DNA of 52,522 nucleotides, from contig JAFPCM010000170.1 of assembly GCA_017390185.1 (NCBI GenBank), positions 1 through 52,522 on the forward strand, read 5' to 3'. Positions 25,027-32,800 of the stretch are shown here, one piece after another (position 1 is the first letter of the stretch; every line of letters begins with the position of its first letter). Origin of the DNA: Muribaculaceae bacterium (GTDB taxonomy: Bacteria > Bacteroidota > Bacteroidia > Bacteroidales > Muribaculaceae). Position numbers and translations under genes: made by a program. The notes under the pieces were generated by a model. It made no database searches and had not been told where the DNA came from. It saw nothing but the letters and a program-made list of their open reading frames with translations.

Positions 25027-25403
25027 ATAAGTTGATAATCAGCCTCGGGTCAAATAGCAGTGACCGTGAGCGACAAATGGAGTGTGCTGTTCAGCATTTG
25101 ACACAGATATTGTCTAAAACTGTGATGTCTGACATTTATGAGAGTCCTGCACATAATGGTGTTGATGCTCCGTATCTTAACGCAGTGATGTTGGCCTCAA
25201 CAACCAAATCGATAGAAGAGATTAATGCGGCCTTTAAACAATGGGAAAAAGAGTGTGGTCGAACTCCTGAGTCAAAGTCGCAAGGCGTCATACCCATTGA
25301 TTTGGACGTAGTTGTGTGGAATGGAGAGGTGATAAGAGCCACTGATTATTCACGCGATTATGTGAGCAAGGGAGTCGCGCAGTTGTTGCACCGCCTGCTT
25401 TAA
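25023..25403 (+). CDS. Short HPPK-like protein (6-hydroxymethyl-dihydropterin pyrophosphokinase family, divergent)
   Basis: 126 aa. LGSNS, YLNAVMLAST and IPIDLDVVVWNGEVI blocks align by eye with HPPK. It is shorter than canonical FolK. ATGA overlap with the tex stop. Confidence 0.5.
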   Translation: MNKLIISLGSNSSDRERQMECAVQHLTQILSKTVMSDIYESPAHNGVDAPYLNAVMLASTTKSIEEINAAFKQWEKECGRTPESKSQGVIPIDLDVVVWNGEVIRATDYSRDYVSKGVAQLLHRLL

Positions 25404-27373
25404 TCTCTGCGTGTTATTACAGGTATAGAATCTAATAGGCATTCATTGTAGTAGCGATTGCTGCGACGAGGGTGTAAATCATATGATAATATGATCGTGT
25501 CGGGGCATATGGTGTTGTAAACATCAATTATGTTACCGGTAAAAGCGCGACACACAAGTGCATAGTCGGGTTTTGCCCCAACAGGGCGAATGTCGGCTTT
25601 CTCTTTTATTACAACATAATGTTTGCCGTCAATAATAATATTGCGACCTCGTCGTGTGATTATATCGGAGTCAAAAACCGAATCAACTATTGTGATGTGA
25701 TCAATTTTGCGTGAACCAATAAAATCGCGGTAACGGTTTTCGACCTGGTCAATAACTGACGGCAATTCGCTGTGATGGGCGGTAGTGAATAGGTAGAGTG
25801 TTGATTTCTCGCGGGCGATAATATTGGTGTAGTAAGTGTCGCGGGGAAAATAAAATTCTTTATTGGGGTATTGTTCGCGGTTTAAAGAAAATAGTAAAAC
25901 GGTGATAGCGGCTGTTGTTGCAGTTGCGAAATAGAGGATTGTTTTGCGATAAACAAGACCTGCCAATAGTGTGGCACAGGTGGCGAAGTAGGGGATTAAC
26001 AACCATGGATTAAAATATATGTTGTCAATTGTTGCTCCCGGGAGCGAGTTGCACAATTCGCATGTGTTAGAGATTATGCCATAACCAAAATCAAGGGCAA
26101 TGCAAAGCCATTGGGCGTCAATCCCGAAAGCGAGCAGTAATGTGAGTAGTATACCGCCTCCTAAAACGAAAGGCAGTATCAACAACACGATAATGTTGCT
26201 TAAGAGAAAATATACCGGGAATGTATGGAAATAGTAGGCCGAGATGAGTCCTGTGCCAATCATGGCTGAGATTGAAACCGTGATTAGTGATGTAAAATGA
26301 TAGGCTATTTTGTGGCGCGGGCTAATGGGGTTCATTCGGTTGGCAAAAACGAGAATAGAGGCAACCGCGCAGAACGACAGTTGAAAACCTATCGAATACA
26401 AGGACATGGGGGAGAACAATAAAATGACAAGAGCTGCAAAGCATAGGGCGTTTAGCGAACTGTTGCGGCGCTCAATCATTAGCGCAATTAAAAACAGCGA
26501 GGTCATAACAACGGCGCGAGTTACCGATGGCGATAACCCAGTGACAATGGCATATATCCACAGGATAACAATGGTGATGATGTAACGCAGTTTGCGTTGT
26601 CGCATCAAGTGCAGCGGAAAAAGCAGGGTCGCGATAACGGTTGCGATAATTGCGACGTGCAACCCGCTGAGCGCCAATATGTGGGCAAGGCCCGAGCGTG
26701 AGTATTGTTCGCGCGAGTCATCGGTCAGGAAACTGTCGTCGCCAGTTATTGTTGCTATATAAAAGGCAATAGTAGGGTCCGACAAGTTGCTTTGTCCTAT
26801 TATAGAGGTTACTTTATCGCGTAGTTGTCGCAATTTCCAATATAGGTCATTGCTATGACCGATTACCGAGATTTTCTCGGGTTGAAGATAGGCTATTGCC
26901 ACAATGCCTTTGTGATGCATATATGTTTCAATGTCCCATTCCAATGGTAGGTCGTGACGGTTTTGCGGCTTTTCAAGGCAAGTCGTAAACGCTATGCTAT
27001 CGCCGCAGTTGATGATTGGAAAAAGCGATGGTGTTGTGATGCGGCAAAGTCCCACTCCGTCAATGTCAACTGTCAAATGGCGAGAGTTTTCGCTTTCGGT
27101 GATGTCATTTACGATAGCGCGATATTGAGTGGGATTGGTGGTTTGCGACTGGTCGATGGGTGCTGGCATTCGAACAGCTGCGTTTAGCCAACCGATCGAG
27201 ATAGCCATGATGCTAATTCCCCACAAAGATAAGCCTCGCCAAAACAATATTGCCGAAAGCAGTGCGGGCAATATGGCTAAATATAACGGCCATGAGAAAT
27301 CGCCGATAGCAGTGCCTATTATAAAACCGATAACAATCGGCAACAGTGGAATGTAGGAGAGAGGAGGTTTCAC
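25400..27373 (-). CDS. comEC: ComEC/Rec2-family DNA internalisation channel protein
   Basis: 657 aa polytopic membrane protein with the ComEC core (ILALSGLHVAIIA, SPSVTRAVVM, GFQLSF). Confidence 0.8.
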   Translation of the reverse strand: MKPPLSYIPLLPIVIGFIIGTAIGDFSWPLYLAILPALLSAILFWRGLSLWGISIMAISIGWLNAAVRMPAPIDQSQTTNPTQYRAIVNDITESENSRHLTVDIDGVGLCRITTPSLFPIINCGDSIAFTTCLEKPQNRHDLPLEWDIETYMHHKGIVAIAYLQPEKISVIGHSNDLYWKLRQLRDKVTSIIGQSNLSDPTIAFYIATITGDDSFLTDDSREQYSRSGLAHILALSGLHVAIIATVIATLLFPLHLMRQRKLRYIITIVILWIYAIVTGLSPSVTRAVVMTSLFLIALMIERRNSSLNALCFAALVILLFSPMSLYSIGFQLSFCAVASILVFANRMNPISPRHKIAYHFTSLITVSISAMIGTGLISAYYFHTFPVYFLLSNIIVLLILPFVLGGGILLTLLLAFGIDAQWLCIALDFGYGIISNTCELCNSLPGATIDNIYFNPWLLIPYFATCATLLAGLVYRKTILYFATATTAAITVLLFSLNREQYPNKEFYFPRDTYYTNIIAREKSTLYLFTTAHHSELPSVIDQVENRYRDFIGSRKIDHITIVDSVFDSDIITRRGRNIIIDGKHYVVIKEKADIRPVGAKPDYALVCRAFTGNIIDVYNTICPDTIILSYDLHPRRSNRYYNECLLDSIPVITRRD

Positions 27374-27391
27374 AAGACTGAATTTTTGCCG

Positions 27392-28333
27392 TTATATTGT
27401 GTGCATGACAACAAAGAAACTGCCTATACCGATAATGGCCCAAAGCATTACGGCAAGAAGTAAAGGCTTGAAACCTACCGATTTGATGGTTTTGAGTGAG
27501 AGACTTGCTCCGATGAGGAACAATGTCAATATAAGTCCTTTTTTAGCAATCCAAACAAGTAAGCGGCTCAATTCTTCAGGTAAGTTACAATAGGTGTTGA
27601 TAACCATTGCGCCTATAAACATGAAGATAAACCAAGGAATAGAAATCTTGTTTGACTTGTCGCGGAATATCAACATTGTCACAAGAGCAAGGGGTATTAT
27701 CCAAAGCGCGCGAGTGAGTTTGATTAAAGTGGCTACTTGCAGAGCCTCGCTACCATAAGCCTCTCCTGCGCCGACAACAGACGACGTGTCGTGGATTGCG
27801 ATTGCGGCCCAAGTGCCAAACTGTTGTTGAGTCATTTCAAAATAGTGCCCGATTGGAGGGAATATAAATAGTGCAATGGCGTTCAAAATGAATACGACAC
27901 CGAGCGAAACAGCCATTTCTTCCTCATTTGCTTTAACGACAGGTCCGACAGCTGCAATAGCACTACCTCCACATATTGCTGTGCCCGATGAAATGAGATA
28001 TGATGTTTTGCGGTTTATGTGCATCCAATATCCAATTAATACGCCCAAAATCATTACGCCTGCCACAGATGCGATGGTAAACATCATGCCCTCACTGCCC
28101 GAACGCAACGATTCGTGTACATTCATGCCAAATCCAAGTCCTACAACTGACGCTTGCAACATGTATTTTGAAGTCTTTTTATTGAATTTAGGACAAGGGC
28201 ATTTTAAGGTCAAGGCATATATCAGACCTAATAAAAGTGCGATGGCGGGCGTAATAAGCACTGGCATTCCCGCAATTAAGTCATAAGGAAATAGTACTAA
28301 CAAAATTAGTGCTATATAGATTGTTTTGCTCAT
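27392..28333 (-). CDS. YeiH/UPF0324-family putative sulfate exporter
   Basis: Roughly 310 aa with about 10 TM helices. I start at MSKTIYIALILL (ATG at 28333), which avoids overlap with aroE. Confidence 0.65.
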   Translation of the reverse strand: MSKTIYIALILLVLFPYDLIAGMPVLITPAIALLLGLIYALTLKCPCPKFNKKTSKYMLQASVVGLGFGMNVHESLRSGSEGMMFTIASVAGVMILGVLIGYWMHINRKTSYLISSGTAICGGSAIAAVGPVVKANEEEMAVSLGVVFILNAIALFIFPPIGHYFEMTQQQFGTWAAIAIHDTSSVVGAGEAYGSEALQVATLIKLTRALWIIPLALVTMLIFRDKSNKISIPWFIFMFIGAMVINTYCNLPEELSRLLVWIAKKGLILTLFLIGASLSLKTIKSVGFKPLLLAVMLWAIIGIGSFFVVMHTI

Positions 28334-28340
28334 GTATAAT

Positions 28341-29099
28341 TTATTTTGAGTTCCAAATATTCCAACCAGCAAATGCTTGCAAAAGAAGCATTTCGAGGCC
28401 GTTTTTTACCTCTGCACCGTTTTCTTCGGCTCGTTTCATAAAGAGGGTTACGTCGGGGTTATAGAGCAAGTCATAACACAAGTGCTCTTTGGTAAGGCAT
28501 TGGTAGGGGATATTGGGGCACTCGTCCATGCGAGGATACATGCCAAGGGGAGTAGTGTTGACAATCACCTTGTATTCGGCCATGATATCGTTACTCAACT
28601 CTCCATAAGTGAGCATGCCTTCTTGTTTGTTGCGAGAAACATATATAGGCTCAACTCCGAGTTTTTTCAATCCATGATACACAGCTTTAGCAGCACCGCC
28701 TGTGCCCAAAATCAACGCCTTGTTGCGATTGGGGGTGAGTAATGGAGCTATTGAATCGCAAAAGCCGATAATGTCGGAATTGTAACCCTTGAAGATTACA
28801 GAGTTTTTGTTGCGAATGAACTTGATGACATTTACAGCTCCGATTTGGGCCGCATCTTCATCGATTTCGTCAAGGTAGGGGATAACCTGTTCTTTATATG
28901 GAATTGTTACATTAAGTCCGTGCAGATTGGGGTTCTCGCTGATTACCTCCATCAAGTCGCCAATATCGGGAATTTCAAAGTTGACATATTCGGCATCGAT
29001 ATTCTCGTTGCGGAACTTTTGGTTAAAATAGTTCTTTGAAAACGAATGGGTCAAAGGATAGCCGATAAGACCATATATTTTAGAGTACAGTTTCGCCAT
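28341..29099 (-). CDS. aroE: Shikimate 5-dehydrogenase
   Basis: YGLIGYPLTHSFSKNYFNQKF, NVTIPYK and GTGGAAKAV motifs. ATG at 29099. Confidence 0.85.
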   Translation of the reverse strand: MAKLYSKIYGLIGYPLTHSFSKNYFNQKFRNENIDAEYVNFEIPDIGDLMEVISENPNLHGLNVTIPYKEQVIPYLDEIDEDAAQIGAVNVIKFIRNKNSVIFKGYNSDIIGFCDSIAPLLTPNRNKALILGTGGAAKAVYHGLKKLGVEPIYVSRNKQEGMLTYGELSNDIMAEYKVIVNTTPLGMYPRMDECPNIPYQCLTKEHLCYDLLYNPDVTLFMKRAEENGAEVKNGLEMLLLQAFAGWNIWNSK

Positions 29100-29126
29100 A
29101 AGCAACTATTATATTGGTTTGAATTG

Positions 29127-29134
29127 CAAAAATA
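29127..29134 (-). promoter_or_regulatory. -7 promoter box (TATTTTTG) for aroE
   Basis: Exact TAnnTTTG on the minus strand, 28 nt upstream of the ATG at 29099. Confidence 0.45.
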
Positions 29135-29168
29135 GTGAATAGTTTTTTGAAATTCGCCATATTTGGCC

Positions 29169-29176
29169 TAAATTTG
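29169..29176 (+). promoter_or_regulatory. -7 promoter box (TAAATTTG) for rnpB
   Basis: Exact TAnnTTTG, about 19 nt upstream of the first base of the P1 stem. Confidence 0.45.
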
Positions 29177-29194
29177 TCATAAATTCTACAAAAT

Positions 29195-29586
29195 GCAGTA
29201 GGGTGGTTCGTCGCTCACACACTTATGAGGTGTGAGAGGAAAGTCCGGGCAACACAGAGCACCATATTTCTTAACGGGAAGCTATCGGTGACGGTAGAGT
29301 AGTGTGACAGAAAATAACCGCCATTTTTCGGAGTGGTAAGGGTGAAAAGGCGGGGTAAGAGCCCACCGGGTGTGATAGTGATATTGCATGCCGCACATCT
29401 TATGGGTTGCAAGGCCAAGTATACCGGCATTTAAGGATTGCTCGTCCATTGTCGGGGGGTAGGCTGCGAAGCATTCGTGCTTAAGCGTCGTGGCAACACG
29501 CCGTTCAGATAAATGACGAACTATCGCTGTGTCCCTCTCACGAGGTAGTACAGCCGATAACATAACCCGGCTTATAACCCTACTGC
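29195..29586 (+). ncRNA. rnpB: RNase P RNA, bacterial type A
   Basis: P1 stem GCAGTAGGG (29195) pairs with CCCTACTGC (29578-29586). Universal P4 strand GAGGAAAGTCCGGGC at 29236-29250. GGTAAGGGTGAAA, GGTAAGAGCCCACC and AACCCGGCTTAT elements appear in the expected order. Confidence 0.95.
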
Positions 29587-29618
29587 TTATTTTGACAACA
29601 CCTATACATTATATATAA

Positions 29619-29649
29619 AGCCCTCGCTTCAATCACGAAGCGAGGGCTT
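29619..29649. terminator. Bidirectional hairpin terminator between rnpB and the convergent small ORF
   Basis: AGCCCTCGCTTC-AATCAC-GAAGCGAGGGCT, a 12-bp perfect stem flanked by A/T-rich sequence on both sides. Confidence 0.6.
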
Positions 29650-29679
29650 GCTGTTTAATATAATTTAAATAACCGTAAG

Positions 29680-29892
29680 TTATTTTGTTATGACGATGGT
29701 TGTGGTGTCGGAGGGGATTGTGGTGGGTGTGATGGTGTCGGTGGACATGGTGACGGTGATGCTGTCGGCGGGTGTGGGTGCTTGTGTCGGCTCTGATGGC
29801 TGTTGGTCTTGTGTGGGTGCGATGTGCATGAGCAGTTGACCAACACCGATAATAACGATAAGGAGTATGATGCTTAAAATAAAACGTTTCAT
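29680..29892 (-). CDS. Small membrane-anchored Thr/Pro-rich protein (70 aa)
   Basis: MKRFILSIILLIVIIGVGQLL, a TM anchor, then a low-complexity PT-rich tail. It lies 12 nt downstream of radC on the same strand. Confidence 0.4.
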   Translation of the reverse strand: MKRFILSIILLIVIIGVGQLLMHIAPTQDQQPSEPTQAPTPADSITVTMSTDTITPTTIPSDTTTIVITK

Positions 29893-29904
29893 TGTAGGCG
29901 TAAA

Positions 29905-30621
29905 TTAAAGTCGGCCGTTGTCGGCATACGAAAAGTATTTGTTTTGGGTAATGATGACGTGATCAAGGACTTGTATGTCAAGCACCTTGCCTGCCTCTTT
30001 GATTTTGGCCGTCAAGCGGTCGTCTTCGGGGCTGGGGTTGATGTTGCCTGATGGGTGGTTGTGAACAAGTATTATTGCCTCGGCCATTTTGTCAATTGCG
30101 CTTTTATAAATGATTTTGGCATCGGCCATGGTGCTTGATGTGCCGCCAATGCTGATGCGTTGTTCATAAATGACTCGGTTGTTGCGAGAAAGCATCAGCA
30201 CCCAAAATTCTTCGTGTGAAATGCGACCCAAGCGGCTGCGCATAATGTGAAACACATTTTCGCTGCTTGTAATTACCGGGTCATCGGCAATTTCTTCATC
30301 GTTGTGTCGCAGACCTAATTCAAACGCAGCAATGAGTGATATGGCTTTTGCCGGACCGACGCCTTCAAAGTTTTTGGTGAGGTCGTCGATTGACAAACGG
30401 GCGAGTTTTTGCAGCTTGTTTTTGCAGTGGGCGAGCATTTCCTGGCTTAACTGAATGACCGATTTGCCTGGAATGCCGCTGCCAAGAATGATAGCTAACA
30501 GTTCGGCATTTGACAACGAACTGATGCCTTGCGCAAGTGCTTTTTCGCGGGGCTTGTCGCTGTCGGCAAGGTCGGCTATGCGACCAAAACGGCTTTGCGG
30601 TTCTTTCAGTTTGTCGCTCAT
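29905..30621 (-). CDS. radC: RadC-family JAB/MPN-domain protein
   Basis: HhH-like N-terminus (LSNAELLAIILGSG) and JAMM motif HNHPSGN. Confidence 0.85.
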   Translation of the reverse strand: MSDKLKEPQSRFGRIADLADSDKPREKALAQGISSLSNAELLAIILGSGIPGKSVIQLSQEMLAHCKNKLQKLARLSIDDLTKNFEGVGPAKAISLIAAFELGLRHNDEEIADDPVITSSENVFHIMRSRLGRISHEEFWVLMLSRNNRVIYEQRISIGGTSSTMADAKIIYKSAIDKMAEAIILVHNHPSGNINPSPEDDRLTAKIKEAGKVLDIQVLDHVIITQNKYFSYADNGRL

Positions 30622-30627
30622 AACGGT

Positions 30628-31632
30628 TTATTTACCTTTGCGTATTTTGATTTCTTCGTTGATGTCGCGTCCGCGGCGCAAGAGTATTTTAAGCGTGAAT
30701 GCTTTGATAAAACCGCAGCCATATCCGGTTAGCTGTATTATGCTTGCAGGTAATGCTTTGCATGCGATAATTAAAGATTTTGTTGAGATGAGTGCGGTGA
30801 TGAATATTGCTAAGAAATAGGCTAAAAGCGGAGTGATAAACCACCACGAAACGAGGCATGCAAGAGCAACAAGCATAAGCGAGCCGAGTACAAACACAGC
30901 GGGGAGGGTGTGCACAAGTTTGAGTGAATCGGGGTAGAGTAGTTTGAGCGTGATGCGTGACATGCCGAACACATAAACTTGTCGCGCAAACAGTTTCATA
31001 TTCACTCGGCGCTTGTGATAAACAAATGCTTCACGAATTAGGCCGATGCTGAACCCCGCTTGGCGAATGCGTGTGCTCATGTCGATGTCTTCGGAGAACA
31101 TTTCGCGGAATCCGCCGACTTTTTCCCACACTTTGCGAGAATAGCCCATGTTGAACGTGCGTGGCACGAATTTTTCAAGTTGCACCTTTCCGCCTCTGAT
31201 ACCGCCTGTTGTCAGGAACGATGTCATTGAATAATTGATGGCTTTTTGTGTGGTGCTGAACGACTCGTGTGCTGCATCAGGTCCGCCAAAACAATCGACG
31301 GGGTTGCGGTCGAGAGCGGCTGACAGTGTTTTGAAGTAGTCGGGTGGAATGACGCAGTCGGAGTCAAAAAATATAAAATAGTCACCTGTGGCGCGATCAA
31401 GTCCATAGTTGCGGGCTATAGAGCGGCCTTCGTTTTCTTTATAGTAGTATTTTACATCAACTTTGTCGGCATATTTGCTGATGACATCTTTGCAGGGCTG
31501 TGATGAGCCGTCTTCGACAATTACTGCTTCAAAGTCTTTGCAAGATTGTTCAGAAAGGCTTTTGAGCAAATCGTCAACTTCGTCGATGCGATTATAAACG
31601 GGAACTATGACTGAAAATCGTGGCATATTCAA
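30628..31632 (-). CDS. Family 2 glycosyltransferase with C-terminal TM helices
   Basis: FSVIVPVYN, VEDGSSQ and FFDSDC (DxD) motifs. Hydrophobic C-terminal third. Confidence 0.75.
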   Translation of the reverse strand: MNMPRFSVIVPVYNRIDEVDDLLKSLSEQSCKDFEAVIVEDGSSQPCKDVISKYADKVDVKYYYKENEGRSIARNYGLDRATGDYFIFFDSDCVIPPDYFKTLSAALDRNPVDCFGGPDAAHESFSTTQKAINYSMTSFLTTGGIRGGKVQLEKFVPRTFNMGYSRKVWEKVGGFREMFSEDIDMSTRIRQAGFSIGLIREAFVYHKRRVNMKLFARQVYVFGMSRITLKLLYPDSLKLVHTLPAVFVLGSLMLVALACLVSWWFITPLLAYFLAIFITALISTKSLIIACKALPASIIQLTGYGCGFIKAFTLKILLRRGRDINEEIKIRKGK

Positions 31633-31651
31633 TGGTATGGTTATAGGTTGG

Positions 31652-32800
31652 TTAACTCATTCGGGATTTATAGTCTTCGTAGGTATATTGTCGCAAGTAT
31701 TCACATTCGCCATTAGCACGACACAACACTATTGCGGGGTGTTGAATGCCGTTAAACATGTTTGTTTTAACGGTGGTGTAATGGTTCATGTCTTCAAGTG
31801 TGAGGCGGTCGCCCATTTTGAGCGGTGTGGCAAAACTCCAATCGCCCACAAAGTCGCCACTGAGACATGAGTTGCCGCCGAGTCGGTAGGTTGGAAGGTT
31901 ATTGTCAACAGGGACGCTCTCGGTGATTGCCGGTTGGTAGGGCATTTCGAGGCAGTCGGGCATGTGGCAAGCAAATGATACGTCAACAATAGCAGTTTTA
32001 ACGCCTTGGTTTTCCACTACATCGACTACAGATGTTATTAGGTCGCCTGTGCGCCAAGTGAATGCGCTGCCTGGTTCAAGTATCACTTCAATCCACGGGT
32101 AGCGGTTGCGGAATGCTTTTAACAAGCTTATGAGGTGGTTTATGTCATAACCTTGGCGGGTCATGAGGTGGCCGCCTCCCATGTTCACCCATTTCACTTT
32201 TGGAAGATATTGTCCGAATTGTGCTTCGAAGGCTTCAAGCACCTTTTCGAGATCATAGGAAGTTGACTCGCATAGTGAATGGAAGTGTAAGCCCTCAAGA
32301 CCTTCGGGCAAATCGCCGTCAAGTTGTTCGGCCGTAACTCCAAAACGCGAGCCTGGCAATGCGGGATTATATATATCGGTTTCGATTACCGAACATTGGG
32401 GATTGACGCGCAAACCAGGCGAAATGTGTCGTGCTCCGTTTGCGTTGTGCGCTTGGATGGTGTCGCGAAAACGCTCCCATTGGCTCACCGAGTTGAAAGT
32501 GATGTGCGTACTACCAGCCATATACTCTTTTATTGTCTCGGGGGTATATGCCGGACAGTATGAGTGGATCTCGCTACCCAACTCATCGTTGCCAAGTTTC
32601 ATCTCGTTGAGTGAACTTGCAGTTGCGGCTTGGCAATATTCTCTGATGATGGGGAATGTTCGCCACAAAGCGTTGGCTTTGAATGCCATGATGATATTTA
32701 CTCCTGCCTCGCGTTTCACATGGTCGATTAACTCGAGATTGCGACGCAAGCGGTCTTCATATACGATATAAAACGGAGTGGGTATTTCGTTGACTTTCAT
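31652..32800 (-). CDS. nspC: Carboxynorspermidine/carboxyspermidine decarboxylase
   Basis: 382 aa, TPFYIVYEDRLRRNL..., alanine-racemase-fold PLP decarboxylase layout, HFHSLCE and GNSCLSGD blocks typical of NspC. Confidence 0.8.
   Translation of the reverse strand: MKVNEIPTPFYIVYEDRLRRNLELIDHVKREAGVNIIMAFKANALWRTFPIIREYCQAATASSLNEMKLGNDELGSEIHSYCPAYTPETIKEYMAGSTHITFNSVSQWERFRDTIQAHNANGARHISPGLRVNPQCSVIETDIYNPALPGSRFGVTAEQLDGDLPEGLEGLHFHSLCESTSYDLEKVLEAFEAQFGQYLPKVKWVNMGGGHLMTRQGYDINHLISLLKAFRNRYPWIEVILEPGSAFTWRTGDLITSVVDVVENQGVKTAIVDVSFACHMPDCLEMPYQPAITESVPVDNNLPTYRLGGNSCLSGDFVGDWSFATPLKMGDRLTLEDMNHYTTVKTNMFNGIQHPAIVLCRANGECEYLRQYTYEDYKSRMS

Noticed and set aside
29215-29563. ORFs 29215-29430 and 29282-29563 (minus strand).
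   Set aside because: They lie entirely inside the RNase P RNA gene, whose conserved helices account for the sequence.
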